This document shows positions 46,701-60,059 of a stretch of DNA of 64,000 nucleotides, in pieces. The notes beneath the pieces were generated by a model that was not told the DNA's origin, did no database searches, and saw only the letters and a list, made by a program, of their open reading frames with translations. Every line of letters starts with the position of its first letter. Within the stretch, counting starts at the first letter, position 1. Source of the stretch: Lama glama (lineage: Eukaryota); assembly GCA_028534125.1 (NCBI GenBank), contig CM052816.1, positions 15,936,001 through 16,000,000 on the forward strand, given 5' to 3'. Position numbers and translations under genes: made by a program.

Positions 46701-49700
46701 CTCGCTGGCCGGCTCCTTATCTCCCCCCCACCACATCCACCCTCATTCCTTCTCCCAGAGTCACCCCTTCAGCCAAATCATACTCCTATCCTGCAGTCAA
46801 GGACCCCCCTCCTCTCCCCACCACTCCATCACTGGCCTCAGCATCCCCAGTATCCAGCACATACCCAGGCACAGAGCAGACAATGAATGAATGACCTCAT
46901 GGAATGACACCCTTCACTGTGCAGATGGGTGTCCTGAGGTCAAGAGAGAGCCCAGCGAGCTAGGCCTCCCATCCAGGGCTCTTCCTGAAGGAGACTCTGA
47001 TTGTAGGGCCCTTCTCTGTCATTTACCACTTTCTGCCCCAGGAACCAGTTCAGCCCTCCCAGGCTACTGGAGGCATTAGGGCAACTCCAAGCAGAATTTC
47101 TCAGTGCTCTGGGTCCAAATGCCCAGCTGGTTATTCAGAATACTGGCCCAATTCTCCCACAGTGGAACAGTGGTCTTGAAAAGAATCTCACACGTATTGT
47201 CTTTGTGATGCTAGACCGTGGGGTAGAGCCTCCTCTCCCCATTGCACAGATGGGGCTGCTGAGGCCCCCACGGGAGGGGGAAGCTACAGGCGGCCGTGAA
47301 TCAGAGGGGGAGCTGGGAAGCCGCCCGGCCCTGCCGGCTGTCGCTGGAAGCAACAGCCTGCATTTCCTGCTCACACTGGTGCCTGGGGAAGCGTGGGCAG
47401 CGGGCGGGCAGGCACCACAGCAAGGACCCCTCCTGTGCCTGCAGGCCAGCCGCATCACCTTGCTGCCTGACTGGGCCCACACAGCCCACTCCCCAAGCCA
47501 GCTAGCTCTCCAAAGTGGGGTAGACCAGAGGCAGAACTGGGTTTCTGTCTAAGGTATGTACTCATGTTGCTTCAAGACACCACAGAGAAACCCCTCCCCT
47601 CAGATCCTCAGTGTCCTCAGAATCAAACAAGATTGAAACATGACCATTCATGCTTCTTTCCAGTAGTAAAATCCATGGTTCTGTGATTCCAGAATCCCAG
47701 CACGACAAGAATCCTGACAAGAATCCCTTAGCTCCAAGCATTCTATGATTCTAGACTAAAAATTTCAGGCCACCAAGACCAGACACTGCCCAGAAGAAAG
47801 GGGGCCAAGCCCACTGCTACCTGCTGCTCTGGGCTCAGCCAACCAATTTCCCACCCAGCTTTGGGAGAGGTGGGTCAGGCAGAAGAGAGGCTGGGCTCTC
47901 CCATCAGGGTCAATACAAGCTGGGCTTGAGGGGAGCCCCATGGGCCTGGGGATAGAGCTGATCTAGTCCTGAAGAACAGGCCACCACCTCATGGCACACA
48001 CAGCTACTGACACTGCAGCTGTCAGGAAGCCCAGCCCTCAGCAACAAAAGTGAGTAGCTAGGAGTTTCGTGAGCCTGCACCCCCACCCTGCAGCTCAGAG
48101 GCAGGACGGGCATCAGGTCAGGGCTGGTCTCCTTGCTTCTCAAGTTCCAAGCCAAGCTCCATGCTTCATCTTCCTGTCTTCACCACCCACTGCTTCCTCC
48201 TTCCCACCACAGTCCCCTCACCTCTCAGGCTCCCAGGCCAGCCCCAGCCCAGGCCACCTGGCAGCCAGCCAAACCAAAGGCTCCCAAGTCCATCTGATAG
48301 ATAGAAAAACTGAGGTCCAGGGAAAAGACATGACCTATCCCAAGGGCTCAGCCTCAGCAGCCTACTGGTTTCTGGTTGTATCTATCTCTCAGCCCTGCCT
48401 ACTACGTCACTTCCCAGAATCCTCTACAGGGCCAGTGGATCTCCACAGACCAGTCTGATCACCACACGAGCACATGCCCCATTCCAGGGTCCCTTGAGAG
48501 CGCTCATTTCCAAAGCCAATCACCTGGTCATTCATTAATTCATTCTTTCACTCACCCACTAGCCAATTAGCCCATCTTCCCACTACAAGCCAGGCCCCTT
48601 GCCAGGGGTGGGGGGGGGGCCTCAAGAAGGAAAGAGAGCAAGGCCTGTATTCAGCAGGCATTTACCAAGTGCCTGCTGCGTGCCAAGCAGTGTTGACCAC
48701 CACACGCAGACCAACTCTGGCTGTCCTCATGTTGTTCACAGCCAGTCAAGGGCTCCCAATCTCACTCGTCAATGGCAAGTCACAAACCCTCCAGCCTCAG
48801 TTTCCTCATGTGTATATGGGGACACTAACTGCACCCAAATCACTTATCTACTGGAAGGATTAAAGGATGTGAAGGCTAGAAAACCCAGTAAGGGCTTAGG
48901 ATGAGATAGCCATTGTTATTACCATTCTTCCAACATATTATTATTATACTAATAATGGGGGACAGCAGTTGATTAGGGCAGCAGCTAAAGCTCTTCAAAC
49001 ACTTAGCTGGTGCCAGGTACTGGGGGTACAGGAAGAAATGACAGCCATATCCCATTGCAAAGCTAGAAGCAGCTCAAAAACTCCCATAAGCATCTGATGA
49101 ATGAGAGACTCAATGACAGGAGGCATGGCCCTGCCTCCAAGGAAGGTACAATCCAGCATGTGTTCATGTGTGCTGCACATGTATATGTAAGCACTTAGCT
49201 ATGCACATATATGTGTGTCTGACGAGGAAACCTGGGAGGTCCAGCATTTACGTGGGAAGTGGGGCAGCCGTTCAGGGAACACAGTTGCTTATGCCGGCTT
49301 AGGCCCCCCACCCTAGCCCAGCCTGCCCCCGCCAGTGATCACAGCAGAGCTGAGGGGACTGTGGCAAGAGCAAGGACCAGGCCCAGTGGGGAGAGGCCCG
49401 GAAAGATGCTTTGCATAGTTCTGGCCACCAGATTACAGGCCTAGGCTAGGCCCCTGGGTGGGGGTGTGGGGGCTGCCAGGTGCTGCCCCACACGAATTGG
49501 ACCCCAGCACCCGCACTTTATGCCTGTGCTGGCACCGCACACGAGCGTTCCTTCTGGCAGGCCGGGCAAATCTGAGGAGGTCAGAGGAGGTCACGGGGAA
49601 GGGAGGGAACAGTGGGCCCAAGGGCCATGTGGGGTCTGCTAGATGGGGGAGGGTGGGTACAGGGCTCCCCCGGGGCCACCGGGCAGGCCTGGCTCTGCCC

Positions 49701-52282
49701 TGCTGGGGCCAGCAGCTGGAGGGAAGTAAATATAGCGCGGGGCGTCCCGGCCACATTCCTGGGAGGCCAGCACGGCCCGCCTGCCCGCTGCTCTAGTCAG
49801 AGCGCAGCAGCCAGGGCCCAGAACTGCCACTGCCCTCTTCCCAAACAAACAGAAAAATAAATAAAACCAGCTCTCACGGCCAGCACAGCTAGGGGGAGGG
49901 GGCAGGAAGGGGTGGACCAGGGAGGGGGGGTACCAGACAGGCGCACCAGTTGCTGCGGTTTCTGTTCTGCTGGGAAGGAGGAGGCCAACAAAAGAGGAAA
50001 ATGGAGGGAAAGGGCAGGGAGACCGTCAGAGATGTCAGAGAAGGGGAGAGAATGCGCAGGAGAGGAGGGTGTGACCGGCAGAGGTGTCAGGGAGGCAGGT
50101 CAGGAGGGACAGAGACGGTGTCACGGTGTCAGGGACAGTTGGGGGAAGGGCAGAGGCAGCCTCGGGGTCAGTAATTCAGCAATTCAGTGACAGGGATGCA
50201 GGGTGGGGGGCAGCAGTCAGACAAAGGGGGCCGTGTGGGCTAGGGCAAGGGGCTGGCTCCAAAAGCCATGAAATATTAAAAAGCCTAGGCCAATGAGTGA
50301 CAGAGGTCATAGAAATAAGGAGACTAACTAGGGAGATACAGGGACCCTGAAGGAGAGCCCCCCTCCACCAGTGCCTGTTCCTCTCCACCACCTCCAGCAG
50401 GGCCAGCCTCCCCCAGCTCTCCTGCTGTGGCTGCTTTCTGTCTCCATCCATACAGACGACAGGCTGAGGATGGGAGGGGCCGTAGGGATTAGTGATGGCA
50501 AGGGACCTTTGCGGTTCCCTCTTCCCTCTGGCTGATCTGTGTGCAGCAGGCCTTCCAGAGCTGCCAGCCACCTTAGTAAGGCCAGGAGGCCTGTCAGCAC
50601 AGCCGTTGCCACAGGCGCCTCCTGGGGAAGGAGGGAGTAGACATCCAGCTTCCCCTTTACAGAAAAAAAATCAGCCAAGCCACCACTTTCCACACAGACC
50701 AGCAGGGAGGGAAGGCCATGCCTCATAGCTCAGCTGAGCCAGCGAGTAAACTGGTAAGCAAGACAGCAGGTCATCCTCTAGCTCTCCCACCACACCCAGG
50801 CCCCATAATCAGCGTCATGACCTTGGCCAGTACCCCTGTGCCTGAGCCTGAGTCTTCACCAGCCCCATCCAGTCCCATCAGGCTTGGTGTGAGGAAAAAA
50901 ATAAGAGGGCAAGTAATACCTGCAGGTTTGCGGCCAGGGCCAAGCATCTGCATGCAGATAGCCACGTGAGGTCAGGCCCATTAGTGGTCCCATTTTACAG
51001 ATGGGGAAGAGAAACCCAGAGAGGCAAAGTGATGTACCCAAGATCACACACCTGGTAATTAGTGGAATGGAGACAGAAATGCTAAATATAAGCCACGTGT
51101 TCTTTTCTTCCTTTTCACTGGTCAAATATATTCGTCTGGGTGAGGTCAAGGGAGGGGGTTAGGAGGACCCAGCAGAGGGGAACTCAGCGATCCTATTGGT
51201 TCCTGGAACAGACAGTAGGAAAAGATTGCCAGGGGGTGACCAGCAACTTCTCTAGGAACAGGAGATGGGCAGAGCCTGTCGGGGCCCAGAGTGAGGGCAC
51301 TGCCTAGGGGCCTGGCCAGAGTGATCTGCCTAGTCTATCAAGAGACCATGCACCAGATAACACAAGCCTCTTCTAGCATGAGGACACTGAGGCTGGTCCA
51401 AAAAGGGTCAGCAGAGCCCTGTCCTTTTGGCCCCTGGCAACCCAGGGCCAGTGTGCCAGGAACTAATCACCTTCCACCCTCAGAGCCCCCAGTCCTGGAG
51501 GAAGGGGGGCAAGATCCCCTCCCTCCCTCCCAGGCCCTGTGAGCCCAGAGGGAGGCCAGCATCAGAGGCAGGAAATGAAGAAGAATTTGCGATCTAATTG
51601 AGCTGGCGGGGGATTAGGCGGCAGAATGCAATTACAGGGGCTGGAGCAGGGCCAGGGGCACTGACACCCCGAGATGTGGCCTGGCCCAGGTGATGGGGTC
51701 TACACATCTCTGTCCATAGACACCCTACTGGTGTGGGGGTGGGGGACAACAGGTAGACAAGGATTGGGGCCAGACTGCTCTTCAGCACACACTGCACACA
51801 CAGGACTGCAGGATTCCAGCTCCATGTAACATCCAGAAGCAAGAAGTTTTCCTGAGAGTTCTCCCCCAGGGAACAGCCCTGTGGACTCTCCCATGGGAAG
51901 CAGGCAGACAGGAACACACGCTCTCACAGGCTCTGCTCATGCATGCACACACGTGTTCATGCTCCCAGGAAAGCCCCACAGATCCATGTTCACTTCTGTG
52001 GGGACAGATTCCCAACCTGCAGACACACAGCTCTGGCCCTGTGTGCCAGTGGCTCCACCAGAGGGGAAAACACAAAACAAAACAAAAAAATACACTCATG
52101 ACCTTAAAATCCTTTTATTCCCGTAATCACAGGCTGCCATCGCCGTGGATACGCGCTGTCACCCCGGCCCCAGCCTGTCTCCTTCCACGGCTTCCAAAAC
52201 TCCCAGCAGGCAGGCAGACGGGGAGGCTGCCCAGTTACTGCCAGGGAGGGCAGGGGAGGGGAAGGACCGGGTGGGAGAGGTT

Positions 52283-52285
<3 letters not shown>

Positions 52286-52317
<32 letters not shown>

Positions 52318-52830
52318 CCTCAACAAGGGAGAGAGAGACTCAGAAAGACAAACTGGCAGACAGAGATACAGAAAGAGAAAGGAACACAGACACTAGACAC
52401 CAAAGACAGACACAGACCACTGCCCACACAGCTCAGATAATGCCCCCTCCCAGAGTCACACACACTTTCCCAATTCAGATACAACACTCAGGGAGTAAGA
52501 CACTTCCAGATTTACAAGTGTATACAAAACACACAAATATACACACATTATGAATATACATTCTCCAAAATTCTAAGCACACACAACTCAGAATATACAC
52601 ATTCCTAGAGTCACAGGGACATATTCAATTTTCAGATATATACTTTCAGGTTCACAAACACACATGGACATATGCTGTGCAGACACACACAACTCCTAGA
52701 TCCATAGACACACATGTTCTGATTCACAAGCATACACATGCTCAGACTCCCACACCCCAAGACAGACACACATCCGACAGATACATGTCTTGTGTCATTA
52801 GCACACACACACCACCCAGATTCCCACATC
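52286..52830. repeat. (AC)n microsatellite followed by GA/CA-rich low-complexity sequence
   Basis: About 14 AC units, then repeated ACACA/AGACA motifs. Confidence 0.8.
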
Positions 52831-54699
52831 CCATACCAACAGACTAGACCCAGGTAGCCTCATCTAGCAGCTGACACTGTCTTTGGCTTTAGGGGGCAGG
52901 TGGAATGGTTGGAGATTCCTGGGTCTTTGAGGGGGCAGTCCTTTCTCATTGCCCGCAGCCTGGGAGGTGGGCTCAGAGTTGGGGGGAATAAAGGGGGAAG
53001 TAAGAGAAAGCAAAAAAAAAAAAAAAAACTTGAGTGGGATATTCTTGTTGAGCAGTAGCGCGTGAGTAACTGGGGAGGCTTTTTGTGGTCTGGTGAGTTC
53101 CAGCTATGAGTGAGAGTTTAACTATTAATACACTTAATCAAGGACACTTCACACACACACAAGCACACCCATACAACCACACACATAGGATAGGATGGGA
53201 CCAGATGGTGGGGGTAAGAGAGGGAGAGCCCCAGGAAAAAAAAAAATGGGAAAACCCCATTCAAAGCCCCAGTGGGTGGGGAAAGAGGGCGGAGCTTCTA
53301 CCCTGGGCCTGCCTCCAGAGCAGGGGCAGAGTCATAGTGATTCACTTTGGTATCCCCAGAAGAGTGAGGCTTGACACACAGTAGGTGCTCAATACACACT
53401 GGGCCAATGAATGAATAAGTGAATTACACATGAAGAGTGGGCAATAATAAGCAAGCCCCACTCCATCCTTGGCCAATTAAGGCACGCTTCAGAGCACTGC
53501 TTGGAGAGCTAGTGCTGACTTCATGGTCACCCCACCAGACAGGGGCCCTAGGAAAGAAGGCCTGGGTCTGGGTCATCAGTATCCCCTTATTCCTCCACCC
53601 TATCCTGCACCCTGGAAAGTCAGCTGACTTCAGCCCAGCCCAATACACCTCTCTTTCAGAGAGACCCCCATCTTCTTTCCAACCTTCCTATAAATAACTA
53701 GGTGGGGTCCCCAAAGAGGGTGGGGTATTTAATTCCCAGAGACTTGATTCTTTATCCAGATGAAACCCTGCCTTCTATACTCCTATGAGCCTCAGTCTGA
53801 CACTTGCCAAATGGGTAGAAAGTAGACAAAAAGCTGGAAAGAGGGAGTAAGAGTTGGGGGTCATAGTGGGAACTCATAGAATATAGGCCTGGGCTGGCCT
53901 GGGCCCTGGATGCAGAATCCTCCCTTCCCCTTCCCTTCCCCCACCCAGCCCAGCCCTCCCGGGTGGACATTCCAGGCCTCACGTGATAAAGACGAGGCCG
54001 CTGGCCCACGGGTAAGTCAACAGGCTCTGTCGGCGGAGAGATAGGAGGCCCCAGCCAGGGTCACCTGCTGAGCCGGGAAAACAGCCGGGCCCAAATACAC
54101 ACATAAATAAGGCGCCAACAGCCAGCCAGTCAGCCAAGGGTCTTCTGCTCAGGAACCTCTGCCCCCACCTTGGAAAGGGAGGTGGTATGGGAGAGGGAGG
54201 TGCAAGGCTGGCTCCTGCTTCCCTGGGAGAGTCCCAGCTCCTGCCAGGATTGGAGGTGGAGATGGGGAGCGTGGGGCGGTGGGCTTCTACCAAGATCCCC
54301 AGGGCTGACTGAGAACTCAGAGGCCAACCTCCCTCAGCTGTTCCCACCCCTTCCCAGGGCAAAAATCACCCCCTCTCCCTCCTCCCCAAGGAGAGAGAAC
54401 AATTTCCGTTCTGGGAAGGGGGTGACAGCTGCAGAGCGGGCCACTACCCCCCCTCCCCCAGCTCTTGCTTGAGTCTCATCCAGGGAAACTGCTAAATCAA
54501 CACTACGCAGTAGTAGGTAGCGCTGGCCTCAGTCTCCCTGCATGGCTCTCAAAAAGGGGTTTGGGGAAGAGGCTTAGGGTCTCAGTTCCTGGGTTTTCTA
54601 TGACGGCTGGCATCCAGCGTAAGGGGGTCTTTCTGGAGAGGGATCAAGGCAACCTTAAGGCAGTACGCCCCCCTAAAAACGTCTAAATGCTTTCAGTTG

Positions 54700-57520
54700 C
54701 ATGGACAGCCACCCCCGCCCCCGCGGGCCAGGGCAGCTGAGGTGGCGCCGGGCGTTCAAATAGCGCTCCAAACAAGTCCGCAGCGACCGCGCACGCAGCC
54801 CCCGCCAGGCGGCCCCAGCGGAAAACTTAAAAGGGACTCTGTTTGCCGGCCGCCCTGGGGCGGCTCCGGCAGTGGCGAGGGCCGAACGATCGCACACGCC
54901 CCCTCCTCAGCGCTTCCTGCGCAAACGCGGGGGTGGGGGTGGGAGGAGGTGGCCCTGCGCCCACCACAAAATCAAGGACTCCGAACAGCGCCCTCGGCGC
55001 AGGGAAAGGCGGAGGTCAAGAGGCTGTCTAGCCAGAGCCCCCCCTCTTCAACCCCTTCAATCCGAAGACGCGACTCAGACCACCCAAGGTCCAGGGGGCA
55101 GAGCAGGGCGCAGAGCAGGGCGCGGCTGCCAACCCTTTAGACTCCCATCGCAGGACACAAGAGGGAACGAGTCTTTCCAAATGAGTCCCTACAGAACCCC
55201 TCAAATATGCTGGTGCCTCCTTGCAGCCCATGGCACCAGCCCAACTCCGCGCGCCCCTTCTAATTCCTAACGGGGGAAGAAAAGCGATCTTGCTCCCTCA
55301 TTGGGCGCTTCAGCTCTTCTGACAGGTCTTGGAGGCGGCCCCCCGTTTAAAAACTGGGGTCACTCACTTTCTGTTGATCCTACAAATAAACAAAGCCAGG
55401 CGCACCCCGCGCTCCCCGCCGGAAAGCAGCCCATTCCGGACGAGGACAACTTCCCCCAGCAAGAAAATTAACACATTCTTCTCGCGGCGGTTCAGCCCCT
55501 CGCTCTGGGGAAGTAAAGGGGAGGGGGGCTCGGGGCCGAACTTCACGGGTAAATTTGGGGCCAGAGCAGCGAGGCAGGCGTCTGGAACACCCGCCTCCCA
55601 CAGCTCCGCAGCTAGAGGAACACCCCCATTCTCCCTCCCTGGCTTTGCATGCTGCTTGGCCACGCGGGGCTCGGGAGACAGCCTGAAAGACTCCCCAAGG
55701 CTGGGGCGGAAGGCAGAGACAGAGGCGGCGGGGAGGATTGATGGGGGGGGGAGTGATACTTGACGGGAAAAAAAAGGTCAAACTTGATCAGCCCGCCAGG
55801 CACCCAGAGGGCAGCGGGAGTGAGGAGCCGGAGGGTAAATGTAGAAGTGGCCATCGACCTCGCTAAGTGAAGACGGAGGCTCAGCCACGCGTGCTCACGG
55901 GCCTTACGAGCAATTATCATCGCCCCCAAAACACAGGGCTGCGAATGGGGTCTGCTGGGGGGAGTGCGCGCCGGAGATCTCCAATCAGCCGCCCCCGCAG
56001 GCGGAGCGCCCGCCCAACGCCGAGAGGTGAGGACCCGGGGTCCAGCCGCCCCTGCACCCTCAAGCTCGAGTACTTGGGGAGGGGACGGTACCCCGCAGGA
56101 GAGCCCCGGCCCCAATCAACGGCGCCCAAGCCTCCGTTCCCGACCCTAAAACCCCTCTTTTTGTCTGAACTCAGTGATCTGCGACCGAGCTGACTGCGGC
56201 TTGGGGAGGCTTGAGTATAGCAGAGGCCACTGAGCGATCACCGGAGCTAGGGCTCCCAGCCTCCGGGGCTCCGGGACTCTGGTTACGGGCGCCCCCCGCC
56301 CCACCCAAACACGGACCCCTCCTTTCCCGTCCCTGGCTCTCCGCACCTGAACTTCGGGGGAGCCCGCGCCGCCAAACTTTCCGCCGACTTGCAGCGAACT
56401 CCGGCCCCGGCCGCGCACCGGGCCCCGGGGGAGGAGAGGGAGGTAGGCGGGGAAGGGGAGGGGGCCGGCCTCCGGGGGGGTCGGGGGAGGGCCGTGGCCC
56501 GACACCTACCGGCTCTCTGAGTCGTCCGAGCCGCCACTGCCGCCGCCGCCGCGAGGCCGAGGGGGAGGGGCGGGGCGGGGAGCTGCGCTCCGCTCTGGGC
56601 ACCGCCGCCGCGGTGCGCTCCGCTCCAGCCGAGCTGCCCGCCGTGCCCGGGTCCGGAGCCGGAGTCACGCCGCCGCGGTTGGCCGGAGGCGGGGAGGAGG
56701 GGGGAGCCTGCAGCACCTGCCCCTCCTCCCCCTCCCCGCGGCCCAAATTAAAAAACAACAAAAAGCAACTAATCACCCCCGAGCGAAGCGCGGCGCGGCT
56801 GGCGGAGGGCGCAGCGTGAGGCGCCCGCACTCAGCAGGCGGCGCGCATGGCTGGGCGCGGGCTGGGCAGGGCTGGGACGCGGGGCCCGGCTTCGGAGAAC
56901 AAGGTTAGGCAGCTCTTCTCGCTCAGCTCGGGCGCCTGGTCTCGCCACCGCCGCCGCCGTCTCTGCTGCCGCCAGTGCCGCCGCCTCTACATCCCCGCTC
57001 AGGCTCCGCCGCCTCTGCCGCCGCCGCCGCCGCGCGCCCGCCCGGGCAGGAGCTCTGAACGCTGCCCGGGGGCTGCCGGCAAAACCCGGACCGGACTCAT
57101 CGCTTCCTCCTCCCGCCCCCCCCCCTCCACAACCACCTCGGCTCCCCTCCCTCCTTCCTCCGCCTCCCTCCAACGCAGCTCTGGCCACTTGGACGCCGCA
57201 GGCTCTGAGGCCGGAGCCGCAGCCACTGCGCCTCGAGCTCCTCGCACTCCGACGAGGTCGGCCCAGGCTCAGCTCCTCAGCGCTCCCCGTCTTCACCTCT
57301 ATTCCCGCAACTTTACAAAAAACAAAACAAAACAAAACAAAAAAAAACACCTCTCGTGTTTTGTGAGGAGTGCATAGGCTTGGAGACCCACCTTACGGGG
57401 AAATCCGCCATCCCTCTGGCCCCTCTCTTCAGCCGGCCGCGAAGCTACGAGAACCAGTAGGGAGGGTTTGGCCGCGCCCCTCAGCTCAGGTGCGCGTAGG
57501 GCTGGGAACTCGTAGCCGAG
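54700..57520. promoter_or_regulatory. CXXC5: CpG island promoter of CXXC5
   Basis: Very high GC and CpG density, GC boxes (GGGGCGGGG 56567-56580), CCAAT boxes at 55981 and 56112, A-rich tracts at 56746-56765 and 57317-57348. Confidence 0.9.
56510..57020 (-). other. CXXC5: Probable non-coding exon 1 of CXXC5
   Basis: GGC-repeat-rich leader inside the CpG island ending at donor GAGAGCCG|GTAGGT (56510/56509); 5' end inferred. Confidence 0.65.
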
Positions 57521-59714
57521 AACTCTTGAAGCCTGAAGCTTGTTCAAAGACTCCACCCTTCCCAGAACGCTTTCCCCGTACTCAGTGGGCTCTAGTACCC
57601 CGGGAAAAAGGGGGTGTGTGTGTGTGCAGCGGTCCCTGTCCCCATTCCACAGATGAGGAAACTGATCCGTTAAAGGACATTTTGTTTCCTACACCATGGT
57701 CTTGGGGCACCCAAGTCCTGAGTCCTGGAGCTCAGGCGACTACATTGTGGTGTCCCGAGACCGTGGCCTGTGAACTCCGAGCCTGAAATAGTTCCTAGCA
57801 CAGAGCAACGCTCTATATACACTGAAAGAGAGAACAAAAGCCCAGTGGGTACATATTTGGGCCTGCATATCCTCCCCGTCACTCAATGCCCCCTCCATCT
57901 GCCCAGCTTGGGCTAATCCTAGGGCTGCAGATGCCTTCTCACCGCTTCAGGGACCCAGAGAGCAAGCTGTGGGCTCACTCGTATAATCCCAAACTGCAGA
58001 AAATCCCAAAGCAGAAAGTTTCTCCGATTTTGTTATTCGTGAGAGTGGGTTGTGCTTCCCCTACGAGAGAGAAAACACAGCTCCCAGACCAGAGACCCTA
58101 GCCGGAGACTGGGAGGTCGGTTGGGGAAGTCTGCCTAGGGTTAAACGTTACAGCCTGAGATCGATTGGGGCCCAGATAACAGGGAGTTAACTGCGGTGGC
58201 GACCAGGGTGCCTCCAGCTATAGGAGCGGTCACAGTGGAAGAAGTGAAACCAGCTCCCACCTCGCTACTTCCTCTCCTCCTCTGTGCGACCTGCTTGTGT
58301 GGTGGAGGGCCTGGGTCTCCTGGAAGCAGCCCCTGGCACCCACCCTACAAGCCTTCTAAGTTTGGCTTTGGGACCTTGACCCAGCCAGGGGATGGGGATG
58401 TGAGGGAGGTGTCAGAGGGGAAAGTTCACCTGGAATGTGTTGTCTCTCTACTTCCCCACTCCCCTCACCCCTGGCCTCCCAGGCCACACAGGGAATGACT
58501 CTCTAGTGGACACCCCCTACCTTCCTTCCACAAATGCTGAGAAGTGTCCTCCCTTAACTATGTACCAAGGTATGGCTCCCTAGGGGAGGCCCTTAGCCTC
58601 TCTTCTTTTCTCTAGCAACCTTCCTCAAGGCCACTCCGAACAAAGATACTGAGTGAGTAAAGCAAGGTACTTGCTCTGGGAACACAATTTTAGGACAAGT
58701 GAACACCTCCAGATTATCACCCCTAAACTACTTAGAGATATTCTGGGCCCCACCCTAAGTGTCTGGCACTGTGTTGGGCACTGACCATACAAGGAAAAAG
58801 GAAGCGGGGTCCCAGGCCTAGATGCTTCAGCATCTCCACTTAGCCTACCACCATCTAACTTTTCTGGGGAAGCTGAGGCCCACCCAGACTGTGAAGGGGG
58901 ATCCGTTCCCCAGGAGTCAGCATTAGGCCTCAGATGATTAGGATCCCCAAAATGAAACTCGGTCCTATAGGGCTGCCAAACCCTAGGGTGAGTGCAGTCA
59001 GGCCCTGCATACCTAGAAAAAGCTTCATGCTGAGATTCATGGCTGGGGAGGAGGGTGTGGAGAGGAAGTATTAATAGTTCCACCTTAGGGAATTACTGAT
59101 AATTACCACTTTTTTTTGGAGAACTCGGCTCCCTTCCCTGACTCAGGTGGGCAAAAGCCAAGGGGCTACAGGCTATGTTGGAGATGAGTCAGGGGATCCC
59201 AGTGGTAACTTTCTCAGGGAAGGGGTGTTGGCATATGCCTGACCTAGTTTAGAGGGTGGATATTGGAGTCTTTCTCTTCTCCTGGAAATTAAGAACTGGA
59301 GACCCTCACCTATCCACTCCAGGTGGGAACCAGAGAGGAGAGTGGCACAATGGTCCGCAGAGAAAATGCAACATGAGCAGGAAATGTCTTGTGCAAACCA
59401 TCCATACAGAGCTCTCCACCATAACAAGTGAAACAAGACACCCAGGAAGGATTGGACAGAAGGTCTGTAGCCTTGGGGGATGTGAGCCCCCAACCCCTTC
59501 CACAAGAAGCAAAGGGATCCTGGTTCACTGTTCCCTCCAAAAAGGAGAATTTGAGTTTCACATTGTTATTCAATCAATCAACTTAGATTCAGGTGTAAGT
59601 TCCATAAATCTCTCATACCCTTGGGGGAGACGGGGCCCTGCACCCACCTGCCCTGTCTTCTGGGTAGGAATGAGGGTAGAGGCCAGTACCCTGGCTCCTG
59701 CTCATAATATCCAT

Positions 59715-59850
59715 GGCTGGCATTTACAAAGCCCGACCCTGAGCAGGGTATTGAGCTAAACAGTTAAGGTACCTTATCTCATTTAATCCTTACCTCAGCC
59801 CCAGTAGTAGTATCATCCCACTTTTCAGATGGGGAAACTGAAGTGAAACT
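59715..59850 (-). mobile_element. MIR SINE
   Basis: TATCTCATTTAATCCTTAC...ATCCCACTTTTCAGATGGGGAAACTGA. Confidence 0.75.
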
Positions 59851-60059
59851 GGCACCAAAGTTGTTTTCCTAACTCCTGAGATTTTCTATCCTAGTGAGGC
59901 TTCTCATATACAGACCTGCCTGAGGTTCACCTGTTTCACATCCTGTAGTGATCCCTCAGAGTCCACAGGGCTTAGATCAAGCCCCTTCCCTGACTTGGCC
60001 TGGCTTCTCTAACTGGTCCTATTCCTCGCTGCATTCCTAAGCCCCCCCCCCACCAACAC

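Larger units (their letters stand above)
23705..57020 (-). other. CXXC5: CXXC5 gene span (non-coding exon 1, ~29 kb intron 1, main coding exon, 1.5 kb intron 2, terminal exon)
   Basis: Coding exons recognised from translation; canonical GT-AG sites found at each junction; TSS and cleavage positions approximate. Confidence 0.9.

Noticed and set aside
47704..47727. 12-bp tandem duplication GACAAGAATCC(T/C)
   Set aside because: Ordinary slippage duplication with no sign of function.
56171..57377. Long Pro/Arg/Gly/Ala-rich ORFs (176-219 aa) in the promoter
   Set aside because: Expected from stop-codon scarcity in a CpG island; low complexity and no domains.
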